DNA of 64,000 bases from Oceanispirochaeta sp. (GTDB taxonomy: Bacteria > Spirochaetota > Spirochaetia > DSM-2461): NCBI GenBank assembly GCA_963666275.2, contig CAXXOA010000001.1, positions 320,001-384,000 on the forward strand. The letters are read 5' to 3'. Both the position numbers and the translations under genes were made by a program. The notes under the pieces were generated by a model that saw only the letters and a program-made list of their open reading frames with translations, did no database searches and was not told where the DNA came from. Positions 48,721 to 60,010 of the stretch are shown one piece after another (position 1 is the stretch's first letter; each line of letters begins with the position of its first letter).

Positions 48721-49371
48721 ATGGCAAGGAAAAAAAACTCTCCCGAACTCAAAAGGGACGTGATACTGGCAAAAGCTCTTGAAATGGCGGATACCGGGGG
48801 TATTGAATCCCTGTCCATCCGGAAACTGGCGGGAGAGCTGGATGCCGGAGCCATGTCTATCTACTACTACTTCAAGTCGAAGGATGAGATCATCGACGGG
48901 ATGATCGACAGTGTTTTTGCTGAAATTGCCCTTCCTCCGGATGATCCTGACTGGAAAGAGGCTATCAGGATCCGCTGCCGATCTGTGAGAGAGGTTCTGG
49001 GCCAACATCCCTGGGCTTCGCCCTTTATGGAATCCCGGCGCTCACCGGGAGAAAGTATCCTCCGGCACCATGACAGGGTTATCGGCTGTTTTCTCAGAGC
49101 CGGATTTTCCATTGCAGTTGTTGCCAGGGCTGTGGCTGTGATCGATGCCTTTGTTTTCGGCTTTGCCCTTCAGGAAGCCAGCCTGCCCGGAGGCGGGGGA
49201 GAAGAGATGATCGATATGGGCCGGGATATGCTGGACAGTGCTTTTGCAGGGTATCCCCACCTGGCGGAACTGACCCGGTATGCCCTGAATCCGGACTATC
49301 GATTTGGTGATATTTTCGAAGATGGCCTGGATCTGCTGTTGGGCGGGTTTGATAAATACCTTCCGGAATAA
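48721..49371 (+). CDS. TetR/AcrR family regulator (TetR_C type)
   Basis: G...LSIRKLA.EL...AMSIY.YF.SK, HPW and FEDGLDLLL.G motifs. Confidence 0.92.
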   Translation: MARKKNSPELKRDVILAKALEMADTGGIESLSIRKLAGELDAGAMSIYYYFKSKDEIIDGMIDSVFAEIALPPDDPDWKEAIRIRCRSVREVLGQHPWASPFMESRRSPGESILRHHDRVIGCFLRAGFSIAVVARAVAVIDAFVFGFALQEASLPGGGGEEMIDMGRDMLDSAFAGYPHLAELTRYALNPDYRFGDIFEDGLDLLLGGFDKYLPE

Positions 49372-49469
49372 CAGGATTCTATGCCTGCCCGGGAGCTCGG
49401 GGACACATCTGTTTCACTTTTTTTTATCTGTTGCCATGGGAGGCTCAGAGTGATTACAATAGAGAGAGG

Positions 49470-51800
49470 ATGAAAAAAAAAATCCGCCTGAATATTCACA
49501 TCCTTCTGCCTCTGATGCTCATCGTTTTTCCACTGGGGTTATTTTTCATAATCAGACTGGATACAAATGCTGTTGATTTCATAATTGATGAACGAAGCGA
49601 CTATCTCAAACATATCCTGAATACTGTCGATTACAGCTTCTCCTCCTACGAACAGCTAATTTCCACTACCGTGGAAATCGTAGAGAATCTCCCCCTCCGG
49701 AAGGAGGCTCATGAAGGGGCTCTGCAGATGGTTTTTGACTCATCCCGATCCGCACTGGTTTACGGTATCGGAATCTGGTACGAACCAGGTCTGTTTCAGC
49801 CCGGCGTGGAACGGTTCGGCCCCTATATCCGGCAGACCCGGCCTCTCAGTAAAGAAGGGGAGATCACCTATTTCTGGAATACTCCTGAATATGACTATCA
49901 GCAGCGGGAGTGGTATCATCTTTCTATGAAGGCGGAAGGGGATGATGCTGCGGTAACGCCGCCTTTTTTTGACAATGACTATACCTATATAACTTTCGGT
50001 AAGCCTTTCTACAGAGATGGCCGCAAAGCGGGAGTTGTGACTGTGGATATTATCCTTCCTCTTCTGGAAGACTACTTTGATCAGTTTGATTTTTCCTTTT
50101 TTTCGGGAATCTATCTCACCACTTCAGACGACAGTATTGTCATTTCCAAAACGGTTGCCGATTCCGAGGCTTTATACCGCTACTCTCTGGAGGGGGAACA
50201 TCCGGGGCTTTTTGTGGACCGGACTGCCATCTATGACAGGGAGGAAATCCGGGATTTTTTCCAGGGACAGGGGCAGAAGCCGGCTATTCTGGATCATCAG
50301 ACCCTGAACGGTGTGTTTAAGATTCATGGCTTTATGGATCGGAGGGCAATTTTCCGGAATATGGTCCGGCGGCATCTTTTCAATTATATTTTCTACCTTT
50401 TTTTCTGGACTGCCATTCTGATCGTTGTGCTGCTGGGAGCCACCTATCAGAGACGGAATTTTGAAAACCGGATCCTCAACTCAGAAAATGATCTTCTGAA
50501 AGAGGAGATCAAGAAGCGCCAGGAGGCGGAGAAACGGCTGGGATATCTGGCGTTTCACGATGAAATCAGCGGTCTTGATAATATTCAGTCCTTCCTGGCT
50601 AAGGAAGAACCTCCTGAAAAAGGACAGGATTCCCGGAGTCTTATTTACCTTTCCCTGACCAATATGAGGGAACTCTCTCTGATTATCTCGGACAGTCTTA
50701 TCGATGATGTTCTGGAGGTCTTTGCCGAACGGCTCCGGAGTCACTGCCCCGAGACTGCCAGACTCTACAGAGGGCGGGGATTTTCTTTCTATGTGGTCTG
50801 TACCGAAAAGGGCGACAGGATTCTGGCGGATAATCTGCTCAAGGAGTTCCGGAAACCCATGCAGATGGGGGCTCGGGATATCAGGCTCAGGATCCGGACA
50901 GGTCTTGTCCGGTTTAAAGAGGCAGACACATTAAATCAGCTCCTTTCCATGTCCCATTCCACAGTTTCTGATGAGAGTGTCAGGAACCTTGATCAGGTCT
51001 CTCTCTATAACTCGAAACTGCAGAGCAATAAAACCCGGATCCTTATGCTGGATACCGCCATGAGCCAGCCTGAGTTTACCGAAGAACTTATGATGGTGTA
51101 CCAGCCCATTGCAGGGACTGCCGACAGGAGGGCTGTAGGGTGCGAAGCCCTTGTCCGCTGGCACAGCAGGGCTCTGGAGAGTATCATTTCTCCGGTAGAA
51201 TTTATTCCTCTGGCAGAGGAAAACGGCGTGATCATTACACTGGGCTGGTTTGTGATGGAAGAGGTTCTGAAAGTCCTGTCCGGACCTCTCGGAGACAGAG
51301 ACTTTTTCATCTCTGTCAACGTCAGCCCCCTGCAGTTTCTTGAAATCGACTTTGCCGACAAACTGGACGGGCTTATGACGGAGTATAAGGTGGACCGCAG
51401 GAGGATTAAACTTGAGATTACCGAGTCTTCTGCGGCGGCAGTGATCGATTCGTTCTGGCAGATTGCTGAAGATCTGATTAAAAGGGGGTATCTCCTGGCA
51501 ATTGATGATTTCGGTACGGGAGAATCCTCTTTCTACAGACTCTATAACATGTCCTTTGATTCACTGAAAATTGACCGTTCCTTTGTGGCCGGCGCCTTCC
51601 GGGGATCCCGGAATCAGGAGATCTGCCGCTCCCTTCTGGAACTGGGAAATACCATGGGGAGCTCTGTCATTGCCGAAGGGGTAGAGACGGAAGAGGAGTT
51701 TCAGGCCCTGAAGGAGATCGGCGTTTCCTATGTGCAGGGATACCTCCTTTCCCGGCCTCTGAGTCTGGAAAAAATGCTGGAGAGCCCCCTTCTGGGCTGA
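49470..51800 (+). CDS. Cache-sensor c-di-GMP phosphodiesterase (degenerate GGDEF plus intact EAL)
   Basis: Two TM helices flanking a Cache region (Y.QREWY, PFFD); GGDEF position reads RGRGFSF; EAL, SVNVS, EITE, DDFGTG, AEGVE and QGY are intact. Confidence 0.88.
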   Translation: MKKKIRLNIHILLPLMLIVFPLGLFFIIRLDTNAVDFIIDERSDYLKHILNTVDYSFSSYEQLISTTVEIVENLPLRKEAHEGALQMVFDSSRSALVYGIGIWYEPGLFQPGVERFGPYIRQTRPLSKEGEITYFWNTPEYDYQQREWYHLSMKAEGDDAAVTPPFFDNDYTYITFGKPFYRDGRKAGVVTVDIILPLLEDYFDQFDFSFFSGIYLTTSDDSIVISKTVADSEALYRYSLEGEHPGLFVDRTAIYDREEIRDFFQGQGQKPAILDHQTLNGVFKIHGFMDRRAIFRNMVRRHLFNYIFYLFFWTAILIVVLLGATYQRRNFENRILNSENDLLKEEIKKRQEAEKRLGYLAFHDEISGLDNIQSFLAKEEPPEKGQDSRSLIYLSLTNMRELSLIISDSLIDDVLEVFAERLRSHCPETARLYRGRGFSFYVVCTEKGDRILADNLLKEFRKPMQMGARDIRLRIRTGLVRFKEADTLNQLLSMSHSTVSDESVRNLDQVSLYNSKLQSNKTRILMLDTAMSQPEFTEELMMVYQPIAGTADRRAVGCEALVRWHSRALESIISPVEFIPLAEENGVIITLGWFVMEEVLKVLSGPLGDRDFFISVNVSPLQFLEIDFADKLDGLMTEYKVDRRRIKLEITESSAAAVIDSFWQIAEDLIKRGYLLAIDDFGTGESSFYRLYNMSFDSLKIDRSFVAGAFRGSRNQEICRSLLELGNTMGSSVIAEGVETEEEFQALKEIGVSYVQGYLLSRPLSLEKMLESPLLG

Positions 51801-51808
51801 ATTTCCTG

Positions 51809-52852
51809 TTATTCCCGTGACGGCAGATCAATGAACTGCCCGTAGGCCCATCCTATGGTATAATCGGCTGTTCTTAGCTTATACCAGGGATATTCGGCAT
51901 CGCCGATTGTCTGTTTTTCCACAGTCATATCCAGAAGCAGGACTTTCTCTCCCGCAGTCAGGTATCCAAGAGTGTCACAGGATAGATTGGGTTCTTCCCG
52001 GAGCCTTACCCGGGAATCATTGAGAGTGGCCCAGTGGGGGAAGCCCTTCATATATCTGTAGCCCTCATTTTCCCTGTATCTGTAAAAGGTCGATACCAGG
52101 ACAGAACTCTGTCCTTCCGGTCTGTTCAGATCCATGTCCAGAAGCATGCTCTCATGGATCTGCAGAATTTCATTGAAACCGTCCCTGTCCCGATCAAAAA
52201 AACGGAGAGAGCTGCTTTCTATATAGTCCTCTACAAGAACGCCCCCTCCGGACTCCCAGTAGGAGAGTTCTTCATTGAAAATATTGTCTTCCAGGCTGTA
52301 CCAGCTGACCGTGTTATACCCATAGCCGTCGGCGTAGTAGAAGCCTCCCATATACTCCCCTTGCAGGATCAGTTCTTTTTTCCCGTCTCCATTCCTGTCA
52401 TCCATTTCTCCCTGCAGCAGCCGGTTCAGACGGAAAAAGGAGGCGCCCTGTTCATATTCCAGAGGAACTTCCTTCAGAACCGTTCCGGTTTTATCCAGGA
52501 AAAGGAGATTATGATGTTCAAAATAATTGTCCCGGGCAAAAAAGGCTTCTGGAGTGTAGGCCGCGTAAATGGTTTCTGTTTCCGCCAGGATGGGAGAAAT
52601 ATCTCTGTGGGCAATTTCACACTCTCCCTTTTCTGAGGAGATTCTGAACAGCTTGAACGGTTCCTCTTCTCCCTGCCATTGTCCCTCTTCCAGAATGGAT
52701 ACTTTCTCACCCCGGGATAGCGCTATGTCTCTGCCCTCCGGGGTCTTCACAGTCATATTGTTCCGGATCAGTCCGAAATCTGCCGCAAAGGATGGAATGG
52801 CTGTGTACATGAGGAGGCAGAGAAAAGATAGCTGTTGAAGTTTTGTGTTCAT
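51809..52852 (-). CDS. Exported protein with a C-terminal bacterial SH3 domain
   Basis: Signal peptide; VRLREEP...GYL..GEKV...WYK....GWAYG.FI; DxNGDG/DxDGF Ca-loop-like motifs. Confidence 0.8.
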   Translation of the reverse strand: MNTKLQQLSFLCLLMYTAIPSFAADFGLIRNNMTVKTPEGRDIALSRGEKVSILEEGQWQGEEEPFKLFRISSEKGECEIAHRDISPILAETETIYAAYTPEAFFARDNYFEHHNLLFLDKTGTVLKEVPLEYEQGASFFRLNRLLQGEMDDRNGDGKKELILQGEYMGGFYYADGYGYNTVSWYSLEDNIFNEELSYWESGGGVLVEDYIESSSLRFFDRDRDGFNEILQIHESMLLDMDLNRPEGQSSVLVSTFYRYRENEGYRYMKGFPHWATLNDSRVRLREEPNLSCDTLGYLTAGEKVLLLDMTVEKQTIGDAEYPWYKLRTADYTIGWAYGQFIDLPSRE

Positions 52853-53007
52853 AACTGTCAGGGCTCCTGAGAAAATCTGTCAGAAAACTGTATATCTGTT
52901 CACATATCACAGGATGTCTGCTATGATTTGTCACGTCTTTGAGAGAAACAATTGTTTTTTTATATCCCGGGAATCCTTCTCCCGGCAGCAGAAAGAGGTA
53001 TGTCACT

Positions 53008-54126
53008 ATGACGAAAGAACAGCCCCCGGAAGAGGTGGTTCCCCGGAATCCCTTCAGTCAATTTACCCGGAAGGACCATTTCATTCTGGTTCTCATTATT
53101 CAAGTCCTTCTGATGGGGGCATTTCTGTTTGAAACCTATCAGGCGCTCAAGATCGGAGATGAAGGGGTTGTGACGCTCTATCTGGTCTCCCTGGGGATTC
53201 TGGGGCTTGTGATTCCTTTCTTTTATACCAGAGCACGAAAGCTGAAACTCCGCATTGAAACCTGTGTTCTCGCTCTTGTCCCAGCCCTTGTGGTAATCCT
53301 CCTGTGGCTGGGGACTCTCTTTCTGAACGGCTATTTTCTGCCCGAAGAGAGGCTGTCCCGGGCAGTGAAAGACAAATCCCGGGTGAGAACGGAACACCTT
53401 CTGAGCCGCTATGATTACGAACAGGATCTTCTTCAGGACTATCTGCGCCTGGTGATCAGCAGCAGAAAGGTCAAACTTGTGGAACCCTTTGTGTTGGCCG
53501 GGGCGGATATCAATTTTCTTTATGAAGACGGAGAGACCCCCTACAGCCTGGGATACTTTGTCAGCTCCCGCCGGCAGCCGGAAGACAAGTTTCTTATGGA
53601 AGAGGAGCTCAAGCGCCTGGGGGCTCACACCTTTGCTATTGACGAAGACAGACGAAGCGACCTTCACGGGGCTGTAGCCCGGGGGGATCTGAAGGCCCTC
53701 GGGAACGCTCTGGCAGAAGGGATCATTCCCGTGGATTTTAAGGACCTTGAGGAGATGACTCCTCTTACGGAGGCTCTGATCCAGAAGGACCTGACAGCCT
53801 GGCAGATGCTTATCGAAGCGGGAGCTGACAGTGAGTTTCTATACCACGACCTTCCCCTGTCGGTCTGGGCTGCCGGGAAGGATCTGGAACCGGATTTCCT
53901 GAGCTATGCCCTGGAACATGGAGCCTATGACGGAGCCCGAAAAGAGAACTTTACCTACAGGGAGAGCCCCCTGGCCATGGCAATCCTGGCGGACAACCGG
54001 GAGGTGATGGACTATCTCTTTTCCCGGGGGGCCTACTTTGACCCGGACGAGTTTGCTCCTGTCCTGAACAGCGTGGATCCTGAGGCTGCCGCCTATGTAT
54101 CCCGGCTCTATGGTCTTGCACCCTAG
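53008..54126 (+). CDS. Membrane-anchored ankyrin-repeat protein
   Basis: Three N-terminal TM helices; GADIN, ETP, DLHGAV, TPLTEA and SPLAMA repeats. Confidence 0.8.
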   Translation: MTKEQPPEEVVPRNPFSQFTRKDHFILVLIIQVLLMGAFLFETYQALKIGDEGVVTLYLVSLGILGLVIPFFYTRARKLKLRIETCVLALVPALVVILLWLGTLFLNGYFLPEERLSRAVKDKSRVRTEHLLSRYDYEQDLLQDYLRLVISSRKVKLVEPFVLAGADINFLYEDGETPYSLGYFVSSRRQPEDKFLMEEELKRLGAHTFAIDEDRRSDLHGAVARGDLKALGNALAEGIIPVDFKDLEEMTPLTEALIQKDLTAWQMLIEAGADSEFLYHDLPLSVWAAGKDLEPDFLSYALEHGAYDGARKENFTYRESPLAMAILADNREVMDYLFSRGAYFDPDEFAPVLNSVDPEAAAYVSRLYGLAP

Positions 54127-54225
54127 GCTATAAGATTTCCCGAAACAATCCGTTCCAGATCATATTCCTCCGTGGGAGATCAGGGGGATGGACGTTTTAA
54201 TGCTGAGGAAGGAAGTCTCATCTAT

Positions 54226-55407
54226 CTACTGATCCTCAGGAAGATAGGTAAAGCCCAGATTCAGTTCCATCAGATTCAATTCATCAGAGCCATAGGCCAG
54301 TTTATACTCTCCTGCGGGTATATCCGATCCCATATGAATTTCCAGATTGAAACGCCCGTCCCCTTCAGGAATTACCCGGGTGGCCAGCAGAGGTTTCAAC
54401 AGAAAAGACAGATCATCATTCTGTTCATTGGTCCTGTTATAGATCACCAGATTGACAGGTTCGTCAGAGGGATCAAGCCGTCCATAGAGATAGAGGGACT
54501 CTCCAGGTTTCACTACGCCCCATGAGCTGAAGTAGAAGGGATCGGGATCCTTGAGAGAAGAGAAGCTGAACTTGTCGGGTCTTATATCTTTTTCGTACTC
54601 TCCGATCAGCCTGTCACCCTGGCTTATCCTGAAATGCCATACACCGGCGGGGAAAGCCGCACTGTTATGAAAAGTGAAATCCAGGCAGGGCGCCGGGAAT
54701 TGCTCCCCCGTTTCATAGTCCTCTCTTCTGAATCCGAAGGAACGTGTGTGATCACTTCCCAAATACTGCCGGAATATCCTCCCTTCCGGATCTTCGGCTT
54801 CCACAAGGATTTCATGGGGTTCCATATCATCGGGCCAGAAGAGGAGCAGACTGTCGTTCATGCTGTCAAAGATTATTTCATCAGGACCCTTCGGAACCGG
54901 AGAGGGTGGATCAAAACCGTATATCTTCATTTTCAGATCCGGAAACCCCTCAGGGTCCAGGACTATTGTATCGCGTATTGTAGTCGGGGTATCCGGATTG
55001 GGATTCCAGGGGGCCGTATAGCCGCCGTAAATCCAGCCCTCCAGCCCGTATTCCCTCAGGGAGGTGACTTTGTACCAGTAGGCAGACATCCCGTCGATAT
55101 CCTCTTTTTTCCGGCTCTGTTCGAGAACCCTCAAGACCGCTCCAGCCGGGAGGTGCCGCAGGACCGTTCCCTTCAGGCCGAATTCGGAGCGCATCCTCAG
55201 GCCCCCGCTAGTAATCTGAATAAACTCCGGAGGGAGTTCCCGGGGAGCCGGAGCCGCCTCTTCCACAGTAGAATCCTCTCGGGAGACTGCGGTGGGGGCA
55301 GTTTTCTCTGTTTCAGAAGGGCTCTCATTCGCCTGAATCTTCTGATCGCTGCATCCTGTCAACAGGAGAATTATCAATATAACGCCTCCCCAGCTGATCC
55401 TCTTCAT
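54226..55407 (-). CDS. SH3-domain lipoprotein
   Basis: LLTGC lipobox; GLRMR...VL..L..G...WYKV...GWIYGGY. Confidence 0.8.
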   Translation of the reverse strand: MKRISWGGVILIILLLTGCSDQKIQANESPSETEKTAPTAVSREDSTVEEAAPAPRELPPEFIQITSGGLRMRSEFGLKGTVLRHLPAGAVLRVLEQSRKKEDIDGMSAYWYKVTSLREYGLEGWIYGGYTAPWNPNPDTPTTIRDTIVLDPEGFPDLKMKIYGFDPPSPVPKGPDEIIFDSMNDSLLLFWPDDMEPHEILVEAEDPEGRIFRQYLGSDHTRSFGFRREDYETGEQFPAPCLDFTFHNSAAFPAGVWHFRISQGDRLIGEYEKDIRPDKFSFSSLKDPDPFYFSSWGVVKPGESLYLYGRLDPSDEPVNLVIYNRTNEQNDDLSFLLKPLLATRVIPEGDGRFNLEIHMGSDIPAGEYKLAYGSDELNLMELNLGFTYLPEDQ

Positions 55408-55640
55408 TCTATTCTCCTTTTGCTGCGGGATCTCCTGGAAGTCACTATTCCTCCCTGTCAGACGGGAAGCTGTTTGCTTATGAAGAATCCTTTCAATCCT
55501 GATGTGCCAGTTTATTATTCAATCAGGATCGGATAAATCGTAGGGATTGTCAACATATGTTAGCGATTGTTTCTCTTGCGGGCCGCCTCACTATCCTGCT
55601 AGGATATTCAGGGTTATAGCCTGAAACGGGAGGAGAGGAA

Positions 55641-56519
55641 ATGCGTCAGCTGGGGGAACAGACCTGGGTTCTGGAAGGGCCTACCAATATCGGTTTTATT
55701 GTCAGGAATAGAGATGTCCTTCTCATCGACAGCGGCAACGACAAAGAGGCGGGACGGAGGATCAACAAGGTTCTGAAAGAGAAGGACTGGACTCTCAAAG
55801 GCCTGATCAATACCCACTCCAATGCAGACCATATCGGAGGGAACGACTACTTTCAGCGGAACCTGAACTGCCCGGTTTATGCGCCGGTGCTGGAATACTG
55901 TTTTATCGAACACCCCGAGCTGGAGGCTGCCTTCCTCTGGGGGGGATACGCCGTAAAGGATCTGCGCAGCAAATTCTTTCAGGCCAGACCCTCGAGGGTG
56001 ACCGGGTTTCTCTCTCCCGGTGATGACAGGGGGCTGGGGCTGGAGATCCTCTCTCTGAAGGGGCACTTCTTCAATATGATCGGCATCCGGACTCCCGATG
56101 ATGTGCTCTTTCTGGGGGACTGCCTCTTCGGCAGCGCCATTCTGGAGAAGTACGGGATTCCCTTTATTTACGATGTTGCGGCTTACAAACAGACCATACA
56201 GGATGTCAGGGAGCTGGAAGCCCGGTACTATGTGCCTTCCCACGGCCCGGCGGAAGAAGAGATTGATCCTCTGGCACAAAACAATCTTGCCATGGTGTCG
56301 GCTATTGAGTCCCAGGTAAAGAATATTCTCTCGGGCCCTGGAAAAACCTTTGACAGGATCCTCAAGGATATCTGCGACCTCAGGGGAATTGTCCTGAATG
56401 CGGGACAGTACGCCCTTGTCGGGTCTACGATCCGATCCTTTCTGACCTATCTGAACGACAGGGGAGAGGTCCGGTTTGATTTTACTGAGAACAGGATGCT
56501 CTGGAGCCTGTCAAACTGA
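55641..56519 (+). CDS. MBL-fold metallo-hydrolase
   Basis: LIDSG, THSNADHIGG, GH, LGD and PSHG motifs; RBS GGAGG. Confidence 0.88.
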   Translation: MRQLGEQTWVLEGPTNIGFIVRNRDVLLIDSGNDKEAGRRINKVLKEKDWTLKGLINTHSNADHIGGNDYFQRNLNCPVYAPVLEYCFIEHPELEAAFLWGGYAVKDLRSKFFQARPSRVTGFLSPGDDRGLGLEILSLKGHFFNMIGIRTPDDVLFLGDCLFGSAILEKYGIPFIYDVAAYKQTIQDVRELEARYYVPSHGPAEEEIDPLAQNNLAMVSAIESQVKNILSGPGKTFDRILKDICDLRGIVLNAGQYALVGSTIRSFLTYLNDRGEVRFDFTENRMLWSLSN

Positions 56520-56629
56520 GGCTGCTGGCAAAGAGTAAACGCAATTTTACAGAATCTCTTGAAGCGCATAATCATCTCCTGTACACTCATACGTAAATTT
56601 TAATTTACTTAAAAAGCGTGGACCCCCCA

Positions 56630-59600
56630 ATGAACAGAATTTTCCGGATTCTTCTTTTATTTCTGATGCCTGTTTCTGCCATGGCCCTGGATTCTCAGGA
56701 TCTTTACAGGCAGTTTGACTTTCACTATGCCGTGGCCCGGGAGGATATAGCAGAGGCAGAACGTCTTCTGAAAGAGGGGGCGGACCCGAATATTCTTCCC
56801 TCCGATCTACTTGCTTCAGAGCTGGGCGAGGACTACTGGTACTCCTTTAATTCGGTGATGGAAAAATCCCCCCTGGCCGTGGCCCTGAGGGCGGGGAATA
56901 CCCCGCTGGTGGAGATGCTCCTGCAGTACGGCGCTGATGGGGCAGCCAACAGAAATACCCTGGAAGCCGCCATGGACCGGGGTTTTCCGGATCTGGCTCT
57001 GGAGAGTCTGAATCATCTGGTTGAAAAGAACCGGGGGAACCTTCCCGAAGAGTACCTGGGGGGGGATCATCCACTTATAATAAAAGCCGCCCGGAACGGA
57101 CAGGGGGAACTGGTGAGATTTTTCCTGGACCATGGTGAATCCCTTTCGGTCAGCGAAGACTACGGACTGGACCTCTTTTTCACGGCTATACAGGGAAATC
57201 TGCCGGGCATTGTTCAGAGGTTTCTGGATCAGGGGCGGGATGTCAATTCTGTCTCTCCCTTTGATCAGACCGCTCTGGATATGGCTGTCCGATGGGGCAG
57301 CCGGGAGGTGGTGCTTCTGCTGCTGGAGAGGGGCGTGGATTACGAGGCCGATTCCCTTTCCCGGCTCTGTGTTTATGCAGGGCTCTTTGATATAACCGAG
57401 AAAATATACTCTGACCATCCTGAGGTCAACTATGACTATACCAAGGCCCTCTGGAATGCGGCTTTGCAGGGGGATCCTGAAATCATTGCCTATTACAGGG
57501 ACCGGGCCGGTGATGAAATTCTGGACTTTCAGTACAAGGGAAGGAATTTCCTCCACACGGCCGCAACCGGGGGAGACCTTTCCTTCATAAAAGACATTGT
57601 GGACTCCCGGCGCCTGGATCCTCTGGAAGTGACCGATGTAGCCTCCCCGGCCTATACGGCGGCTACACACTCCCGTAATCCCGAAGCGGTGAGGTATTTC
57701 CTCTCTCTGGGATGGGATCCTGACGAAGTCTCCCATGACAATACAGCTCTTGCCTCCCTTGTATTTCAGGACGACGATGAAGCGTCTCTGGAGATCATCA
57801 GAATCCTTCTGGATGCCGGAGCGGATCCCCTCTTCAGAATAGATGCAGACTCTGTCAGGAGCGATGCTCCCCTGAGTAAAGCTTTAGGCTATGGAAAGGC
57901 CCGGATCCTGGAGCTCTTTCTGGAAAAGGAAGCCGTCCGGGAGTATCTGCAGGAGGGGAAGAAGGTCTCCCGTCCCCTGTTTGGCAAGGAAAGCACTCTG
58001 GATGAACTGATTAAATCGGACTACGGGTATTTTCACAGGGACTATCTGGATTCCTGCCGCCTTATGCTTGAAACAGGGGCGGATCTGGGAAGTGATTACA
58101 GCGGCCGGTCCCGCATGACCGAAATGGTTCTGTTCCGGGATCTGACCCTTTTCTCTCTTTTTCTGGAATATGCGGACCGCCCGGGAGTCCGGGAGGGGCT
58201 GCAGCAGTCCATGATCCTGGCTGCCGGAATGGGTCGGCTGCGGTTCCTTGATATGGTGCTTCAGACCGGCATTTCTCCGGACTTCACTTTCAAAAACTAC
58301 TCCCCCCTGGGCTCGGCGGTGGAAACGGGAATGACAGACGCCGTCAGGATGCTTCTGGAGGCCGGGGCTGATCCGAACAGGCGCAGTACAGACAATAAAC
58401 TTCCCCTGGAACTCCTGGAGGAAAACTCCGATGAAATCCGGGAAGTCCTTATCAGCTACGGTGCTGAAGATCCGGCGGCCCTTCCCTTCGGAGCGGAGGA
58501 TCTCATTTTAGCCGCCCGGAAAGGTGACCTGGAAAAGACAGCCCGTCTGATTGCGCTGGGGGCCGATGTGAATGCCTTCGGTGAGGAGGAGCTTGTCCCT
58601 CTTGAGATTGCCGCTGCCAATGGAAACAGGGCGCTGGCGGAGCTGCTCATCGAAAACGGCGCTTCCCTGAATGCTGTGGGGGACAGGTTCATCCATCTCC
58701 TGGAGAAGTCATTTATAAACCGTCACTACGATATGTACCGGTATCTCCTTACCAAAGGGGCCAGTCCGCTGGAGGAGAACTCCGAAAACAGCACCCTCAT
58801 GTACAATGTGATCCGTTCGGGGAATTTTCCTCTCATAGAGGATACGGTAAACGCCATGACTCCCGGGGAGCGGGAGAGGATATTCAGTATCTCCCTGGGC
58901 GACAGGGGAACGCTCCTTCACATCGCCGCCTTTGCGGGAACCTATGAGACCCTGAATTTTTTTATAGGCCTGGGATATCCTGTGGATGTGCACAGCGAAA
59001 ACGGCGATACCCCTCTGATCGATGCGGCTTCCCGGGGACATCTCCCCATGGTGGAGCTGCTTCTCGAGGCCGGGGCTGATCCTGATTTTCGGGGGAGTGA
59101 AAGGAATCGTCTCTATACCCCTCTTATGGCGGCAGCCTCCGCCGGCAGTTCACCCTGTGTGAAGAGGCTCCTTGACGCCGGAGCCGATCCTTCGGTGGTG
59201 AATAAAAACGGAGAAAATGCCAGGGATCTGGCATCGGGAGCCATGATTGTCTCGCTTCTGAACGAAGCCGGGGTTAAAGGCAACGTAGATCTGAACAGAG
59301 CCCTTGTGAACGGCGTCTCCTATTACGATTATGATGCTGTTCTGGAGGCCCTTGAGGAGGGAGCGGATCCTGATACTCTCTGGACTGACGGTTATCCTGT
59401 TCTCCTGACTGCGGTCAGCATGGGTATGTCCATGGTCAGCGAACCGGCTTTCCTTATCGTAGAGGCCCTCCTGGCGGCAGGGGCTGATCCCAATGCCCGG
59501 AGCCGGAACGGAAGTACGGCCCTTTTTAAAGCCAGTGCCTCTTTCCGTGGAGTGGAACTGGGGCTTCTCCTGCTCAGGTACGGCGCCGATCCCTCTCTGG

Positions 59601-60010
59601 AAAATCAGTTCGGGAAAACAGCCTATCAGGAGGAACCGGGTGAAAATAACAGCATCATGCTGCGGTTCTATCATGCCATCCTGGAGGGAAACCTGGCAGA
59701 ATGCCGGAATCTGAGGGCAGAGTTTCCCGATTTTGATCTGAACTACGCAGACGTCTGGGGACGGACCCTTCTGATGCTGGCCTTTGAGGAGGAACAGGTC
59801 GGGATAGCGGAATTCCTGATAGCGGAAGGAGCTGATACGGCCATCAAAAGCCGTATCTTCCCGGGGTATCTGTCAGATATTTTTCCCGATGATCCGCTGC
59901 CGGAGAAGCTGAGCCGGTCCGGGACTATCACTCTGGAGATCCTGGCGCGATTCAATGAGACCGGTGAGCTGAAGGAGCTGCTGGAGGGAGCCCGGGGGGC
60001 GGACCGGTGA
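56630..60010 (+). CDS. Large exported ankyrin-repeat protein
   Basis: Signal peptide (PVSAMA); many TPL..AA..G....LL..GADP repeats. Confidence 0.88.
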   Translation: MNRIFRILLLFLMPVSAMALDSQDLYRQFDFHYAVAREDIAEAERLLKEGADPNILPSDLLASELGEDYWYSFNSVMEKSPLAVALRAGNTPLVEMLLQYGADGAANRNTLEAAMDRGFPDLALESLNHLVEKNRGNLPEEYLGGDHPLIIKAARNGQGELVRFFLDHGESLSVSEDYGLDLFFTAIQGNLPGIVQRFLDQGRDVNSVSPFDQTALDMAVRWGSREVVLLLLERGVDYEADSLSRLCVYAGLFDITEKIYSDHPEVNYDYTKALWNAALQGDPEIIAYYRDRAGDEILDFQYKGRNFLHTAATGGDLSFIKDIVDSRRLDPLEVTDVASPAYTAATHSRNPEAVRYFLSLGWDPDEVSHDNTALASLVFQDDDEASLEIIRILLDAGADPLFRIDADSVRSDAPLSKALGYGKARILELFLEKEAVREYLQEGKKVSRPLFGKESTLDELIKSDYGYFHRDYLDSCRLMLETGADLGSDYSGRSRMTEMVLFRDLTLFSLFLEYADRPGVREGLQQSMILAAGMGRLRFLDMVLQTGISPDFTFKNYSPLGSAVETGMTDAVRMLLEAGADPNRRSTDNKLPLELLEENSDEIREVLISYGAEDPAALPFGAEDLILAARKGDLEKTARLIALGADVNAFGEEELVPLEIAAANGNRALAELLIENGASLNAVGDRFIHLLEKSFINRHYDMYRYLLTKGASPLEENSENSTLMYNVIRSGNFPLIEDTVNAMTPGERERIFSISLGDRGTLLHIAAFAGTYETLNFFIGLGYPVDVHSENGDTPLIDAASRGHLPMVELLLEAGADPDFRGSERNRLYTPLMAAASAGSSPCVKRLLDAGADPSVVNKNGENARDLASGAMIVSLLNEAGVKGNVDLNRALVNGVSYYDYDAVLEALEEGADPDTLWTDGYPVLLTAVSMGMSMVSEPAFLIVEALLAAGADPNARSRNGSTALFKASASFRGVELGLLLLRYGADPSLENQFGKTAYQEEPGENNSIMLRFYHAILEGNLAECRNLRAEFPDFDLNYADVWGRTLLMLAFEEEQVGIAEFLIAEGADTAIKSRIFPGYLSDIFPDDPLPEKLSRSGTITLEILARFNETGELKELLEGARGADR